From NCBI GenBank assembly GCA_000004985.1, contig GG739423.1: DNA of 1,430 nt; one strand, written 5' to 3'. The position numbers and the translations under genes are program-made. Below the pieces are notes generated by a model, which was given only the letters and a program-made list of their open reading frames with translations, did not search any database and had not been told where the DNA came from. The stretch is from Naegleria gruberi. Taxonomy: Eukaryota. The first letter of the stretch is position 1, and each line of letters opens with the position of its first letter. This document shows positions 1 to 1,430 of this stretch, in pieces.

Positions 1-1430
1 GTAATAACCATTGTGGATTTCTAAGCTCCAAATTAGAGTTTCAAATTTGTCCACGTTAATATAATTCGGAATAGTTTTCAATTTTTCAATCGTTAATTTC
101 ACACCAATATTTCCAAAAATAGTACACAAATCGAAAATAACTTCAGGACAAATTGTAATATCATAACCCCAGACAATAACATCCAAGAGTTTTCTGCTGC
201 GATCACTTGGATTAATACTTCCATGATAATTCAATCTTGCTTGATTGACATTCATTAAGTGAAGGTAGTATTGAACAAATGCCTCATCTAATTGAGTTTT
301 AGATTTGTGCCACTCGAATGGATAACCATTATTAGCAAAGTACTTGATCAATTCCTTCTTTTGGTGGGTGTCGAAAAAATTAGCTCCAAAGATTGGATCC
401 TTTATCTCCTCGGATTCGATTGAATGTGAAGGTGATTTCATTGGCATTGGTGACTGTTTCACAGGTCTATACCAACCCCTTTCTAAAATTTCTTTTGTGA
501 CTGAAAATTCTTGAATTGGTTTTAAAACTAGTTTTAAATCTTTAAAATCAATGGATGTTCTGATTGGTTGATCTAAACGAAAAACAGATGTTTCAAAAGA
601 GGGGTCACTGAAAGGACTCAAATATTGATTGTCCATATCTGCATAAATTGTCAACAAACCTCCAAAGTCAAGAGTTTTTTCCATAAGTTGCTCAATCATT
701 TGCCAAGAAAAGCCAGATTTAGCATATATTACAAAGTTAAGTTTCTTGAGTTTTTTACGTTGAGTTAGAGTTGATTGTTGGATGCGTGAATGAAAATCTG
801 TGAAATCAATCAAAACAGTCAACTCTTCCAATTCAGTCAATCCATTAACCCAAGACAGTCTACTCAAATTAACAATTCCGTGTTTGATATAAGGATTGTG
901 CAATGTAGTACGTGAACCAAATAGAGGAAATGATTGAGCTTTAGCGAATATTTGATTTGGAATCACATCTCCTTCTGAATAAAAATGCTTTTCAAATGGA
1001 GTGTATCTATCATTTGATTCATTGGAAATCTCATTAATGACCTTTTCAATATAATCCTTATCAAACATCAAGGAAGGATCAATACTTTCATTCGCCCTTT
1101 CTTTTGGTGGAATGACTTTATCATTATGTGGAAGAATGGCTCCATCATTGAAAGGAGTTTGAAAACTACCATAATTGCCTTTGGAATTTCTTAAAATCAA
1201 GTTTCCACTAAATTCTGTACCTTGAAGTTTGTTTTTCTCAAAATCAGAGTGACAAGTTAAGAATGCTTCAATAGCTTCATTTGTTTCTTCATTCATTGGA
1301 ACAGTACTCAAATTAATGCCCTCTCTTGTAATTTTTGAAAACATGGTTCTTTCTAATCTTTGTTTCATGGACTTCGAAATGATTCGAAATCTCAAATATT
1401 GTGCCCACCAAGCTTTAAAACCTTCAATTG
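1..1430 (-). CDS. Internal fragment, 5'- and 3'-incomplete, of a large eukaryotic (yeast-like) protein-coding gene. The product is unidentified; it looks like a soluble multi-domain protein with an internal Ser/Pro/acidic linker.
   Basis: Seen in sequence: the reverse-complement frame that starts at + position 1428 and runs down to position 1 has 476 consecutive sense codons and no stop. Positions 1429-1430 belong to the preceding codon, which lies outside the window. The other five frames contain many stops. Codon bias is coherent across the whole ORF, which argues for real coding sequence rather than a chance ORF: Leu is mainly TTG/TTA, Arg is AGA, Gly is GGT/GGA, and Gln is CAA. There is no Met-initiated start with an upstream stop and no terminal stop, so the gene continues beyond both window edges. 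No intron-like interruption is visible. Confidence 0.85.

Noticed and set aside
395-400. GGATCC (BamHI) palindrome
   Set aside because: A single 6-bp restriction-site palindrome is expected by chance in 1.4 kb. It lies inside coding sequence and does not mark a cloning junction or regulatory site.
439-450. Tandem CATTGG x2 repeat
   Set aside because: Only two copies of a hexamer, in frame and encoding 'MPMP' on the minus strand. This is too short to call a repeat feature or microsatellite. It is noted only as context for the linker finding.
1-1430. Short ORFs on the + strand and in the other minus-strand frames
   Set aside because: All are short and broken by frequent stops, and they lie entirely within the strongly biased 476-codon minus-strand ORF. 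They are chance ORFs expected in AT-rich DNA.
1-1430. Possible origin from a low-GC bacterium or phage, given the prompt's hint of a novel system
   Set aside because: The preference for TTG over TTA Leu codons, AGA Arg codons, and an intron-less ORF of more than 476 codons with a Ser/Pro-rich linker fit a yeast nuclear gene better. There is no operon structure, no Shine-Dalgarno or start context, and there are no neighbouring genes in the window to support a prokaryotic system.
1-1430. Tentative thought that the fragment could belong to a large E3 ubiquitin ligase or other giant scaffold protein
   Set aside because: I cannot recall any diagnostic motif that matches, and there is no RING, HECT or zinc-binding Cys/His pattern in the fragment. 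Naming a family would be a guess, so I leave it unassigned pending a homology search.

Overview
The whole 1430-bp window is an internal fragment of one long protein-coding gene on the minus strand. Reading the reverse complement from + strand position 1428 down to 1 gives 476 sense codons with no stop, and the ORF is open at both window edges, so no start or stop codon is present. All other frames on both strands are broken by frequent stops, as expected for DNA of about one-third GC. Codon usage looks like a budding yeast, possibly a Candida/Debaryomyces-type genome: TTG is the dominant Leu codon, Arg is almost exclusively AGA, and there is a single CTG codon. The encoded segment runs '...KAWWAQYLRFRIISKSMKQRLERTMFSKITREGINLSTVPMNEE...NPYIKHGIVNLSRLSWVNGLTELEELTVLIDF...SPMPMKSPSHSIESEEIKD...GYPFEWHKSKTQLDEAFVQYYLHLMNVNQARLNYHGSINPSDRSRKLLDVIVWGYDITICPEVIFDLCTIFGNIGVKL...'. 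It shows two hydrophobic, structured-looking blocks separated by a short Ser/Pro/Glu-rich linker. I cannot assign the protein family from memory with any reliability. I see no RNA genes, repeats, mobile elements, CRISPR arrays, promoters or terminators. This looks like ordinary coding sequence, not a novel system.
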